A stretch of DNA of 64,000 bases from an uncultured Bacteroidales bacterium (GTDB lineage: Bacteria > Bacteroidota > Bacteroidia > Bacteroidales > CAIXZF01). The notes under the pieces were generated by a model. It saw only the letters and a program-made list of their open reading frames with translations, was not told the DNA's origin and did no database searches. Made by a program: the position numbers and the translations under genes. Where the stretch lies: positions 18,166 to 82,165 of the forward strand of contig CAIXZF010000112.1 of the NCBI GenBank assembly GCA_903923925.1, read 5' to 3'. Shown piece by piece: positions 1 to 8,775 of the stretch. Within the stretch, counting starts at the first letter, position 1, and each line of letters opens with the position of its first letter.

Positions 1-1107
1 AGCCATAAGATTTAACATTCTCATGGCCTGTTCCTCCATCGGATAAACCAGTCGGCATCCGTTAATAAATTCGCCACGACCCATTTTTAATGCTTCATAA
101 AATTTGGGCAGATCTTCGGGAGGAGTGGTAAGATCTGCATCCAGAATCATCAAAATTTCACCCTTTGCCAACTCAAAGCCTTCTCTTACAGCATTCGCTT
201 TTCCTTTTTCCGATTGTTTAATAACAGAAATATTTTTATCAGAATATTTTTCTTTAACTCTAAGCATTTCTTCAAAGGTGCCATCTTGCGACCCACCTTC
301 AATAAAGATAAACTCCTGACTGCTTCCAAAAAATGGTGTAGACTTTATGGCATTCTCAATATTTCCAAACTCATTTTTTGAGGGGATGATTATTGAAACC
401 TTGTAATCACGCACCCGATCAGGTTCAATGCGGGCTATAATAAACTTTGAAAGGGAAAGCAAGTTTAGTATTGGAAGGTTAACAAGGTAGCGGTTACAGA
501 ACCATGAAAGAAGTGGAATGTTCTTTGGAATAAGAATCTTTCTTTCCATCCGGATCGTTTCTTTCCCTGTGTTTTTTAAAAGGGCACCAATATCTGCTGA
601 GGATAGCCAGTTCTGGAGTGGCTGTTTTTGTTTCACACCAAGCCGTTCGCCAATTTGCATAATTGGTTCCCATAAAAAATTATAATAGGATATAATAATC
701 CTGCTGCGCTCATGGCAAAGTTGATTTATATTCTCAAAAGCGAGCTGTACATCCCACAACGATCCTACTACATCAGATAATATTATATAATCAAATTTCT
801 CATTAAGTTTCAGATTTTCAATATCTTGAGTAATAAACTCATACTGAGGATATTTTTTTTTAGCAATATCGATCACGTTTTGTGAGAAATCGAGTCCGAC
901 CCCCCGCGAGGGTTTTAAAGAAGCAAGCAAATCACCGCAAGAACAGCCGATTTCGATTACACTTGAATTCTCTGGTATTAATAACCGATAATACTTTTCA
1001 ATAAGGGCATGATAGTAAGGATTTCTCCTCTTCCATTTTGATCGTTGAGATGCCTCCTTTTCAAAATAGCTGTGAATCGATGCCTTCGTATTGGTAACAT
1101 TATTCAT
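1..1107 (-). CDS. Fused class I SAM-dependent methyltransferase / family 2 glycosyltransferase (partial; C-terminus beyond left edge)
   Basis: Absent from the ORF track because there is no stop inside the window. My translation of the minus strand from ATG 1107..1105 is open for all 369 codons (MNNVTNTKASIHSYFEKEASQRSKW...). It shows SAM motif I VIEIGCSCGDL, then the GT2 signature VSIIIPSKNE ... GEILMILDADL. Confidence 0.75.
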   Translation of the reverse strand, partial: MNNVTNTKASIHSYFEKEASQRSKWKRRNPYYHALIEKYYRLLIPENSSVIEIGCSCGDLLASLKPSRGVGLDFSQNVIDIAKKKYPQYEFITQDIENLKLNEKFDYIILSDVVGSLWDVQLAFENINQLCHERSRIIISYYNFLWEPIMQIGERLGVKQKQPLQNWLSSADIGALLKNTGKETIRMERKILIPKNIPLLSWFCNRYLVNLPILNLLSLSKFIIARIEPDRVRDYKVSIIIPSKNEFGNIENAIKSTPFFGSSQEFIFIEGGSQDGTFEEMLRVKEKYSDKNISVIKQSEKGKANAVREGFELAKGEILMILDADLTTPPEDLPKFYEALKMGRGEFINGCRLVYPMEEQAMRMLNLMA

Positions 1108-1562
1108 TCATTGAAATTTTTGACAGACTGTTTTTTAATGGTAGACAATAACTAGTGACCGACTAAAAAAATAATTTGGAGCAGACCCAAAAATCTCCCC
1201 CTAAATTGTAGTTTTCAGGTGCGAACTAAAAAATTACAACTTGAGCAAAAATACGGAAATAAATTTTGTCGGACAGCCGATTTAAATACAAATCATCAAT
1301 TTGACCGAAACCTAAGGAAGAATTCAATACTCAAAAATCGCAGTTTTTACCTTATTATTTTGGTTTTTTGCACCAAATTCACCAGCAAGGATAATTATTT
1401 GGACCGGGTTACAGGTTGAAATATTCATAAAGTAATTGGTCCAATTGTAATCCTATGATAGATGAACCCGATGAAATAAATAACAATTACCGCTTAATCA
1501 GTTTGGTAAAAGTGTATGAACTACAGACAATCAGTATGTTAACTTGGTTTTAGCTGAATTTT

Positions 1563-3014
1563 TTAATATAGAGTGTAATATTGATAAACAATATAATATC
1601 TTACCAGTATTGTATTAATCGTAACAGCTATTGAAACAAGAATAAGGCTTATTGAAACTAATGGTATAACAAACTTTGGTAATGTAATCTTTTTACCATA
1701 AAATAGTAAGAGTAATACCGGAACTATCGGAATAAAGTACCTTCCCTGCAGATTTATTATCATTATAGCACCAACACTAGACCAGCTTAAATACATCGTT
1801 ACGGAGAACACCAATATAACAAGGCAACTGCTTACAAGTAAAATAAGCCTCTGGGAAAAAGTCAACCTGATTTCTTTTTTAAATTCAAAAAGTGCAATAA
1901 TACCAATGCAACTTGCTGCATAATAGTAGAACCATTTTGAAATAAGAATTTCGGACCATCCAAGTTTGCCAAGAAATGATTGAAAAATATATAATCTTAG
2001 TATATAAAAGGAATTTGCCACCATGGTAATAAAACCTGTAATATTGGATAATATAAACGCTAATTGCTTGTCGGGATTAACCTGAGGCAGCAAAGAGCTA
2101 TCTCCGTAGAGCTGTTCAATAGGATGTATTTGAGCCAGAATATTCCTTAAAACCAACGCACCGATAAGTACACTAATTAATGCGGATCCAACTATTATTG
2201 AGACAGATAGTATATAGTTCCTGAGGTTAGCTGCTTTTTTTATTGGAATCAGCAAGATCAGAAAGACCATTGGGAAATAAACATTTTTTGAAAAACTAAG
2301 CAAAATTGAGATTATACTTAAACTTAATATTTCTTTCTTGCCTAAAATTGTATTTTCAGCAAAGGCTAAGTTCAAAACGTATGAAATTAGAAGAAAAGAG
2401 AGCCCTATAGTAATTGGATCTGCACTTACTGAAGCTGCTTCAAACATCGTCATTGGCAACAAAGCCAGTGTAACAATCAGCCACTTCGCAATTGGCAGGG
2501 TTTTTATAGAAATGTAAATAAGTAGAATCCACGCAAACAAATTAAAGATGCGTCCCAGATAAAATAAAACTAAAGGCCTCAGGTTTAGAATTCTGCCTAA
2601 AAAGATACCAATAGACTGAGGTATGTAAGAAACAGGAGAATAAAGTGAAGTATTCGGAAAGAAAATAAATGTCCGATTTTCAATATTCAAGGGTATTTTT
2701 ATTGCATTTATAAAGTGATCCTTGGTAATTTTCTTTTCCGGATTAAATGGAATATGAAAAAATAATTCTTCTGTTGTCCATATATTGCCAGGTAAAAATC
2801 CACCTAATTTATTTTTATAAAGTTGTGGGGAAAACCTGAATTCTGATACCTGGTAAGCCCTTGAGAAATGATTCAATTCATCAGGTGCCTGGAATGGAGG
2901 AGTAAAGAAGACCTGAAATATTCCCCAGATAATTCCAAAAAACAAAAAAACCTTTTCGGGAGGGAGGGTTCCTGCAATATATAGCCAAAGTCTCGGGTTT
3001 TTGAAAAGAACCAT
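1563..3014 (-). CDS. Polytopic membrane protein, DUF2142 / GT-C-like (putative glycan-processing enzyme)
   Basis: 483-aa ORF with many hydrophobic spans. The first loop carries FQAPDELNHFSRAY, the PDE..H motif I associate with DUF2142/GT-C-type enzymes. It lies in the glycan cluster. Confidence 0.55.
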   Translation of the reverse strand: MVLFKNPRLWLYIAGTLPPEKVFLFFGIIWGIFQVFFTPPFQAPDELNHFSRAYQVSEFRFSPQLYKNKLGGFLPGNIWTTEELFFHIPFNPEKKITKDHFINAIKIPLNIENRTFIFFPNTSLYSPVSYIPQSIGIFLGRILNLRPLVLFYLGRIFNLFAWILLIYISIKTLPIAKWLIVTLALLPMTMFEAASVSADPITIGLSFLLISYVLNLAFAENTILGKKEILSLSIISILLSFSKNVYFPMVFLILLIPIKKAANLRNYILSVSIIVGSALISVLIGALVLRNILAQIHPIEQLYGDSSLLPQVNPDKQLAFILSNITGFITMVANSFYILRLYIFQSFLGKLGWSEILISKWFYYYAASCIGIIALFEFKKEIRLTFSQRLILLVSSCLVILVFSVTMYLSWSSVGAIMIINLQGRYFIPIVPVLLLLFYGKKITLPKFVIPLVSISLILVSIAVTINTILVRYYIVYQYYTLY

Positions 3015-3074
3015 GATCAGGGTATTAGTTATAGTATTATTAATTAATAGAATGACTGTTTTTCGACAATTTCT

Positions 3075-4652
3075 TTACTCTCTAAGTTCAATCTCATGAA
3101 TTATATAATCACCAGCATCCTTCCCGGGATCAATTCTCAATCTGCCCAGAAGGCCTGCATCATGAATTGTCAGGTAAATTGTTTGTTTACCCGCTAATAC
3201 TTTTTGTCTCACCGATTGTGCTTCTGAATAATCTTTAGAAGAATCAGTAAGGTAAAATAGCTGCACTGTAGTTTGTTTTGGTACAGTTGTTATAAGCTTT
3301 ACAATAACCTGATTCTGTGGGTAATTAGATTTGGGAAGTATAAAATTAGGATCAGAATCAAGTACTTTAAAATGAATACCATCTTCACCTAAGGTGACAT
3401 TAGTGATTTGTGAATTAAAATCCGATCCGGAAATTACCGATTTATTATGGAACTTTAAAAAGGGTATTGAACTAATTTTCTTACTTAACGGAATTAGCAT
3501 ATTAATTGGGTTAAGCAGATTTCTTTCTACCATTTCGAATAAAAACACATCTGGTTTATATTGTTCAAGAATTGATGAGAGTATTAGTGAGTCAGTTTTA
3601 AGATAGTTGACGTAAATTACTTCATTAAAACTGTTATTCAGATAGTTTGAAAGATAGTTAGAAAATGAATCACCAAATAAAAGCAATTTCCCTTTCTTTT
3701 GGGCATTTTTTACAACAGGTCTTTTAAAAATATCAACACAAACGTTGGGGTTTAAGTCTACCCAATCACTGTTCGTAGTAATATTTTTAATTTTTAATTT
3801 AGTAGTACCTAAGTTTTTAGTGCATATTGGTTCTGTTTCTGGAAATTTAAATCCACCTTTCAATAAAATTGGTAAATCTCTGTCTACTAAACAAGTAATA
3901 GTTTTAAAGTCAGTTGCATATAAAAAAATGTGATCCTTTGTAAAGCGCTCAGGCAGGCGGTTCATAAATTCATTATATCCTAAGTATCCACCATATTGAT
4001 TCCAATGCGTATCTGTTTTATAAAATAGTAATGTTTTGCTGCATGTTTTGCTTTTGTAATAAGGTTTTGACAATTCAATTATATTTAAATTTCCTTTGTT
4101 TTTCATCAACTGATCCAATGGCGAAATCCCTTTTTGCGCCAGGTAATCCGGCAAAAATTCAGGATAAATAGCGTGTTTCTCGGGTGGAATTAAAATGAGG
4201 AACTCAATATTTCTACTTTTGGTAAAATCTTGAATATCACTAAAATAAGCTTTCAATGATTTTAGCTGTTTTTCATTCAATCGGGTAATTCCACGATATT
4301 GATTTATTGTTTCATTAAAACCATTTCCAAGAAACAACCAACCCTGCTTACCGATAATAACTTTGTCGGGGTTTGAAGAGCGGCCCATTATCAGGTTCAG
4401 ATCAGCATTTAACTGTAACAGGTCTTCTCTGAAAGCAAGACGGTCGCCAACAAATAACTCCAGTTTCGAAAAGAAGTATTTCATTCCAGCTTGGTTCCAA
4501 CTCCATTGAGGTAAAGGGTTTTTAAGTCGTTTTTCAAATTTTGCAAAATCCGTATCATTAGAAGTTCTGAAGCCTAATACAGTCATAATCGGTATTCCGA
4601 AAAGCACTAAACAGAAAAATCCAAAACATAATCTTTTTAAAAGTGAGTCCAT
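3075..4652 (-). CDS. AlgJ/AlgX-like SGNH-type polysaccharide O-acetyltransferase component
   Basis: 525 aa with an N-terminal signal anchor. KTDTHWNQYG matches the D-x-H-W motif of AlgJ/AlgX, and LLFGDSFS is a Ser block. It starts 3 bp after the MBOAT gene. The C-terminal ~130 aa form a beta-rich add-on (RLRIDPGKDAGDYIIHEIEL). Confidence 0.7.
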   Translation of the reverse strand: MDSLLKRLCFGFFCLVLFGIPIMTVLGFRTSNDTDFAKFEKRLKNPLPQWSWNQAGMKYFFSKLELFVGDRLAFREDLLQLNADLNLIMGRSSNPDKVIIGKQGWLFLGNGFNETINQYRGITRLNEKQLKSLKAYFSDIQDFTKSRNIEFLILIPPEKHAIYPEFLPDYLAQKGISPLDQLMKNKGNLNIIELSKPYYKSKTCSKTLLFYKTDTHWNQYGGYLGYNEFMNRLPERFTKDHIFLYATDFKTITCLVDRDLPILLKGGFKFPETEPICTKNLGTTKLKIKNITTNSDWVDLNPNVCVDIFKRPVVKNAQKKGKLLLFGDSFSNYLSNYLNNSFNEVIYVNYLKTDSLILSSILEQYKPDVFLFEMVERNLLNPINMLIPLSKKISSIPFLKFHNKSVISGSDFNSQITNVTLGEDGIHFKVLDSDPNFILPKSNYPQNQVIVKLITTVPKQTTVQLFYLTDSSKDYSEAQSVRQKVLAGKQTIYLTIHDAGLLGRLRIDPGKDAGDYIIHEIELRE

Positions 4653-4655
4653 CTA

Positions 4656-6125
4656 TTAAAATCTAAAGTAAATAAAAGGATTAAATGAACCCGCAGCAAG
4701 GTTTATTATACTCATAAACAGCAATATAAATAAAGCAGTAATGTAAAGGCTTTCAAAAATCAGACTGTATCTGCTTGGCAAGGATTCTTTATATTTTAAA
4801 AAGCGGGGAAGGACTGGTAGCGCAAATACAATTCCAATGCCATATGCAAGAAGCATTTCGGGCTGAAGAAACTCCACTAATTGATAAGTGCCGGCAGGAT
4901 GGTAAATAAACAAACTACTCAGGTAGCCAAATGAACCATTCAATGCCTCGATTCTGAAAAACACCCATGAGATCAGGATTACAAAAATAAAATAAATATG
5001 TTTAAATGGTTTAGGCTTTGCGTACAACCACTTGGCGAACCCCATTCTTTCAACGGAAAGGAGTAGTCCATGAAACATGCCCCAAATGATAAAATTCCAA
5101 CTGGCACCATGCCAAAGTCCACAAAGCAGAAATACGATAAAAAGGTTTCTGTAAGTTTTTATCGGTTTGGACCTGCTTCCTCCCAAAGGAATAAATAAAT
5201 AATCCCTGAACCATGAAGAGAGTGAAATATGCCATCTTCGCCAGAATTCTGTAAGAGAACCTGATGTATACGGGTAGTTGAAATTCTCAATGAATTCAAA
5301 CCCTATCATTTTTCCCAGTCCAATAGCCATGCATGAATAGCCTGAAAAATCATAATATATCTGAAGACTGTAAGCAAATAATCCAAGCCAGGCGATGCTT
5401 GTCGATAAATCCTTCCCATGCAGGGCAAAAATCTGGTCGGCAATGCCACCCATTGTATTTGCAATCAGTATCTTTTTTGCAAGTCCGATGATAAAGCTTT
5501 TTATTCCTTCTACAAAACCGTCGAATGAGGTACTATGGTTGTTTAGTTGTTTTTCAATATCTGCATAGCGAACAATAGGCCCTGCTACTAATTGAGGAAA
5601 CATGGTAACGAAAGTTGCAAACTTTACATAACTTCTGTTCGCAGCAACATGCCCTCTGTATACATCAATGGTATAGCTCATCGATTGAAATGTATAAAAG
5701 CTGATACCAAGCGGCAAACTAACTTTGATAAAATTATTTAGCATAAGATGTTGCATGTTCAACTGATCGAGTGCATGAATAAGGTTATCCGTAAAAAAAT
5801 TGAAGTATTTAAAATAACCCAGCAAAGCCAGATTCGAGACAATTGAAACAACAAGCCAGAATCTTTGAGGTCTTGTTCTTTCTGCATTTTCCTCCAGGGG
5901 AATATCATTTTTTCGGTTATACGCCCCAACTATCATCAATCCGCAAAAATAATCTATAGTTGTTGTTGTCAGCATTATCCAGATCAGGTACGTCTCTCCA
6001 TAAAAATAGAAAAACAAACTGCTAAGCAGTAAAAACGGAAACTGGAGTTTTTTTCCTGATAAATGAAATATGAAAAGTACTATCGGAAGGAAAATAAAAA
6101 TAAATACGATTGAACTGAAAACCAT
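4656..6125 (-). CDS. MBOAT family O-acyltransferase (AlgI/DltB/PatA-like)
   Basis: 489 aa and multi-TM. Contains the MBOAT His motifs FWRRWHISLSSWFRDYLFIPLGGSR and CGLWHGASW. Confidence 0.85.
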   Translation of the reverse strand: MVFSSIVFIFIFLPIVLFIFHLSGKKLQFPFLLLSSLFFYFYGETYLIWIMLTTTTIDYFCGLMIVGAYNRKNDIPLEENAERTRPQRFWLVVSIVSNLALLGYFKYFNFFTDNLIHALDQLNMQHLMLNNFIKVSLPLGISFYTFQSMSYTIDVYRGHVAANRSYVKFATFVTMFPQLVAGPIVRYADIEKQLNNHSTSFDGFVEGIKSFIIGLAKKILIANTMGGIADQIFALHGKDLSTSIAWLGLFAYSLQIYYDFSGYSCMAIGLGKMIGFEFIENFNYPYTSGSLTEFWRRWHISLSSWFRDYLFIPLGGSRSKPIKTYRNLFIVFLLCGLWHGASWNFIIWGMFHGLLLSVERMGFAKWLYAKPKPFKHIYFIFVILISWVFFRIEALNGSFGYLSSLFIYHPAGTYQLVEFLQPEMLLAYGIGIVFALPVLPRFLKYKESLPSRYSLIFESLYITALFILLFMSIINLAAGSFNPFIYFRF

Positions 6126-6160
6126 AATTTCTTAAAAGTAATTTTTTTAATACTATTGAA

Positions 6161-8182
6161 CTAACATCTGGGTGGCCAGGCTAAACTGAAGTCCTCGCCG
6201 TATAAAGCTAAATTTGGATTATAGGCAGGGTCATTTTTAAGTAGAGTTTCCCACTTATCATTCATGTAATCAACTTCTTTGTTAAACCTGGCCTTTTTCT
6301 CTTCAGAATCTTCCTCGCCCCTGGAGGCAGATTCATAGTGGTAAAACTCCGCAAAGGGTGTCCAGACATTTCTATAACCAGCCATTTTTAGCCGTATGCA
6401 AAAATCGATATCATTAAATGCAATTGCAAGATCTATTTCATTGAAACCGCCAATTTCATCATAAGTTGACTTTTTTACCATAACACAAGCAGCAGTTACT
6501 GCCGACATCTCCTGAGTTAAAAGTGCCCTTCCAAAATAACCTGGTGTTTTATGTGACTGATGTTTAAAGGCGTGATTTGCAATTCCTCCAAAACCCAGTA
6601 TAACCCCTGCATGCTGAATTGTTTTATCTGGAAATAGTAGTTTAGAACCAACTGCACCAACCGCTTCCTGGCAGGCAATACTTAACATTTCTTCAATCCA
6701 CAATTCGGAAATTACCTCAATATCATTGTTCATCAGGCAAATATATTCACCTCTGGCCTTATTAACTCCATAATTTACCAGTGAAGAAAAATTAAAAACC
6801 TGGTTATAATTTAACCATTCAACTTTAGAATTGGTAGAAATTCTTGCAAAATAGGTTAAAACTTCTTTCTCATCGGATTTGTTGTCGATTATAAGTATCT
6901 CATAATTAGCATAATGTGTTTTATGAAGTATGCTATCAACGCACTTTTTAATTAATTCCAGTTTATTCCAGGTTGGGATAATTATTGAAATCAGAGGGTT
7001 ATGATCAGGCAATGGGTAGCTTAATCTGTACAAACCATTTTTTAAAATATCAACTTTGGAAAGTGAATTTATTCTTTTGAAATGGTCATTAATGGCATTT
7101 ACTGCTGAGCTATAAGCATAAGTTTTGCTGTTTATATCAAAAGATGTACTTTTTTCATGCAGCCTCCAGTGATAAAGAACTCTCGGGATATGAATGATAT
7201 CTTCACTTTTTATCTGTTCTATAAACCGAAGTGCTAAGTCATAATCCTGAGAGCCTTCGAAACCTACTCTGAAGCCTCCGATTTTTTTTAGAATGTTGCT
7301 TGAATAAACGCCCAGATGACTTATGTAATTCTGCCCGTAAAAAAGTTCAGGATTCCAGTCACATTTAAAGTATGGTTCAGTCCTATTGCCTAAACTATCG
7401 ATTTTGTCCTCATCAGAATAAATAAGTTTTGAATCCGGAAATTTGTTGATTGTTTCAGCAACGAGATACAATGCAGTTGCTGGTAATATGTCGTCATGAT
7501 CAAGCAATGCAGTATATTCACCAGTAACTAGTTTAAGGGCACTATTTGAAGTTGCCGAAATATGACCATTCTCAGTTCTATAGACAACTTTGATTCGTTG
7601 GTCCATATTTTGATAAACCTGCAGAATTGATTTAATCTCAGGATTTGTTGAGCAATCATCGGCAATGCATAACTCCCAATTACTATATATCTGATTTATC
7701 ACAGAATTAATTGCCTCTTTTAACCATCCAGAATTTGGATCATAAACAGGCATTAATACAGAAATCAGGGGCCTGAAATTTAACCGGGCAATAGATTCCT
7801 TTATCAGAAGCAGATCAGATCTTGAATATGTATCATATTGCTCTATCCATTTCGTGTAGCTCTTTTCATTCTGTATCTCCAGAATCTTTCGACCTTCCTT
7901 TTTTCCATACAAAATGTAATGAATTAACGGATTAATTTTTGAAGATTTTACATCTGGATATTGCCTGAGGTAAAATCGTCCGTCGAATTCCGAACTCGGC
8001 TTCCTGCCTTCAAAACTACCATACAACAAATAATGCCTTATTGCAGGAATTCCTGACGATTTAACATCAGGGTAGTTAACTAAATAGTAATTTTCGTCAA
8101 AAAGCTTACTTCGTTTAATTTGCCATTTATTTCTGAAGAGAAGCAACTCATACCTGATTTTTTGAAGTATTCCAAGTTTCAT
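6161..8182 (-). CDS. Glycosyltransferase with two family-2 (GT-A) domains
   Basis: 673 aa. There are two GT2 cores: ISVLMPVYDPNSGWLKEAINSVINQ..CIADDCS..LLDHDD and ISIIIPTWNK..ILIIDNKSDE..LMNNDIE. The N-terminus carries two copies of a Y(L)..YPDVKSS..P..HY..YG..EGRK motif. Confidence 0.8.
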   Translation of the reverse strand: MKLGILQKIRYELLLFRNKWQIKRSKLFDENYYLVNYPDVKSSGIPAIRHYLLYGSFEGRKPSSEFDGRFYLRQYPDVKSSKINPLIHYILYGKKEGRKILEIQNEKSYTKWIEQYDTYSRSDLLLIKESIARLNFRPLISVLMPVYDPNSGWLKEAINSVINQIYSNWELCIADDCSTNPEIKSILQVYQNMDQRIKVVYRTENGHISATSNSALKLVTGEYTALLDHDDILPATALYLVAETINKFPDSKLIYSDEDKIDSLGNRTEPYFKCDWNPELFYGQNYISHLGVYSSNILKKIGGFRVGFEGSQDYDLALRFIEQIKSEDIIHIPRVLYHWRLHEKSTSFDINSKTYAYSSAVNAINDHFKRINSLSKVDILKNGLYRLSYPLPDHNPLISIIIPTWNKLELIKKCVDSILHKTHYANYEILIIDNKSDEKEVLTYFARISTNSKVEWLNYNQVFNFSSLVNYGVNKARGEYICLMNNDIEVISELWIEEMLSIACQEAVGAVGSKLLFPDKTIQHAGVILGFGGIANHAFKHQSHKTPGYFGRALLTQEMSAVTAACVMVKKSTYDEIGGFNEIDLAIAFNDIDFCIRLKMAGYRNVWTPFAEFYHYESASRGEEDSEEKKARFNKEVDYMNDKWETLLKNDPAYNPNLALYGEDFSLAWPPRC

Positions 8183-8331
8183 TATTCTGAAATTTTAAAA
8201 AGCATGTGCTTTTTCAGATTTTTAGCGGATAAATATAAAGTAAATTCTTGAATAGAGTTCAGCTGAATTGCGGTTGGTCGTATATCCAATGAGATGTGAA
8301 ATAACCAGCAATATCCTGAAACATAACTAAA

Positions 8332-8751
8332 TTATTTTACTTCAGTCCCATCTTCTTTGAAGAATAATTCTCTGGTTTTTAGCCCAATTTTGACTTCAAC
8401 TTCAAATAAGATTCCTTTTTTGTCGGACTCAATCTTTGAAGCCTCTTTAATTGCGTTTGGTTTAACTTGCTTTTTTACAGCTTCCAGAACGTTTGCCGGA
8501 AGTTTTTCCAATGGAATTTCTGTTTCTGTTTCAAGCCAGGTTCCGTCTGAGGAAAAATTTACAGACATTTCGATGCCATTCATAAGAAATTCGGCTTCAT
8601 ATTCTGTTGAATCTTCTTTACCCCAGTTTACTTTCGGCACATTTGGGAATTTCTGATTGAATGCTGTTTTCACAGACAATGGAGGTTTGACTGCAAAAGC
8701 ACTGAATGATAAGAGCATCATGCTCATTTCCAGGATAATGTTTATTTTCAT
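8332..8751 (-). CDS. PepSY-like (DUF2874-type) secreted protein
   Basis: 139 aa with a signal peptide. KTAFNQKFPNVPKVNWGKEDSTEYEAEF and the repeated beta-rich halves resemble putative PepSY-like/BLIP-like periplasmic proteins. Confidence 0.5.
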   Translation of the reverse strand: MKINIILEMSMMLLSFSAFAVKPPLSVKTAFNQKFPNVPKVNWGKEDSTEYEAEFLMNGIEMSVNFSSDGTWLETETEIPLEKLPANVLEAVKKQVKPNAIKEASKIESDKKGILFEVEVKIGLKTRELFFKEDGTEVK

Positions 8752-8775
8752 AATGAAGTATTTTTAATTTTAAAA

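Noticed and set aside
853-861. T9/A9 homopolymer in the methyltransferase-GT2 gene (and similar A/T8-9 runs at 16104..16111, 40388..40396, 30133..30141) as phase-variation switches
   Set aside because: In this AT-rich genome such runs mostly encode Lys-Lys-Lys and occur in housekeeping genes too (pabA, the ABC permease). Nothing indicates on/off variation from a single sequence.
1108-1562. 455-bp gap with a 66-aa ORF (1219..1419) inside the glycan cluster, as a possible small gene, ncRNA or degraded element
   Set aside because: The ORF product is low-complexity and has a non-ATG start. I found no inverted repeats, tRNA-like structure or gene remnants that I could translate. It remains unexplained but unsupported.
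8197-8214. Palindrome AAAAAGCA-TG-TGCTTTTT just upstream of the double-GT2 start, as a terminator or operator
   Set aside because: The stem is almost entirely A-T, and it lies 15 bp from the start codon. That is too weak to call.
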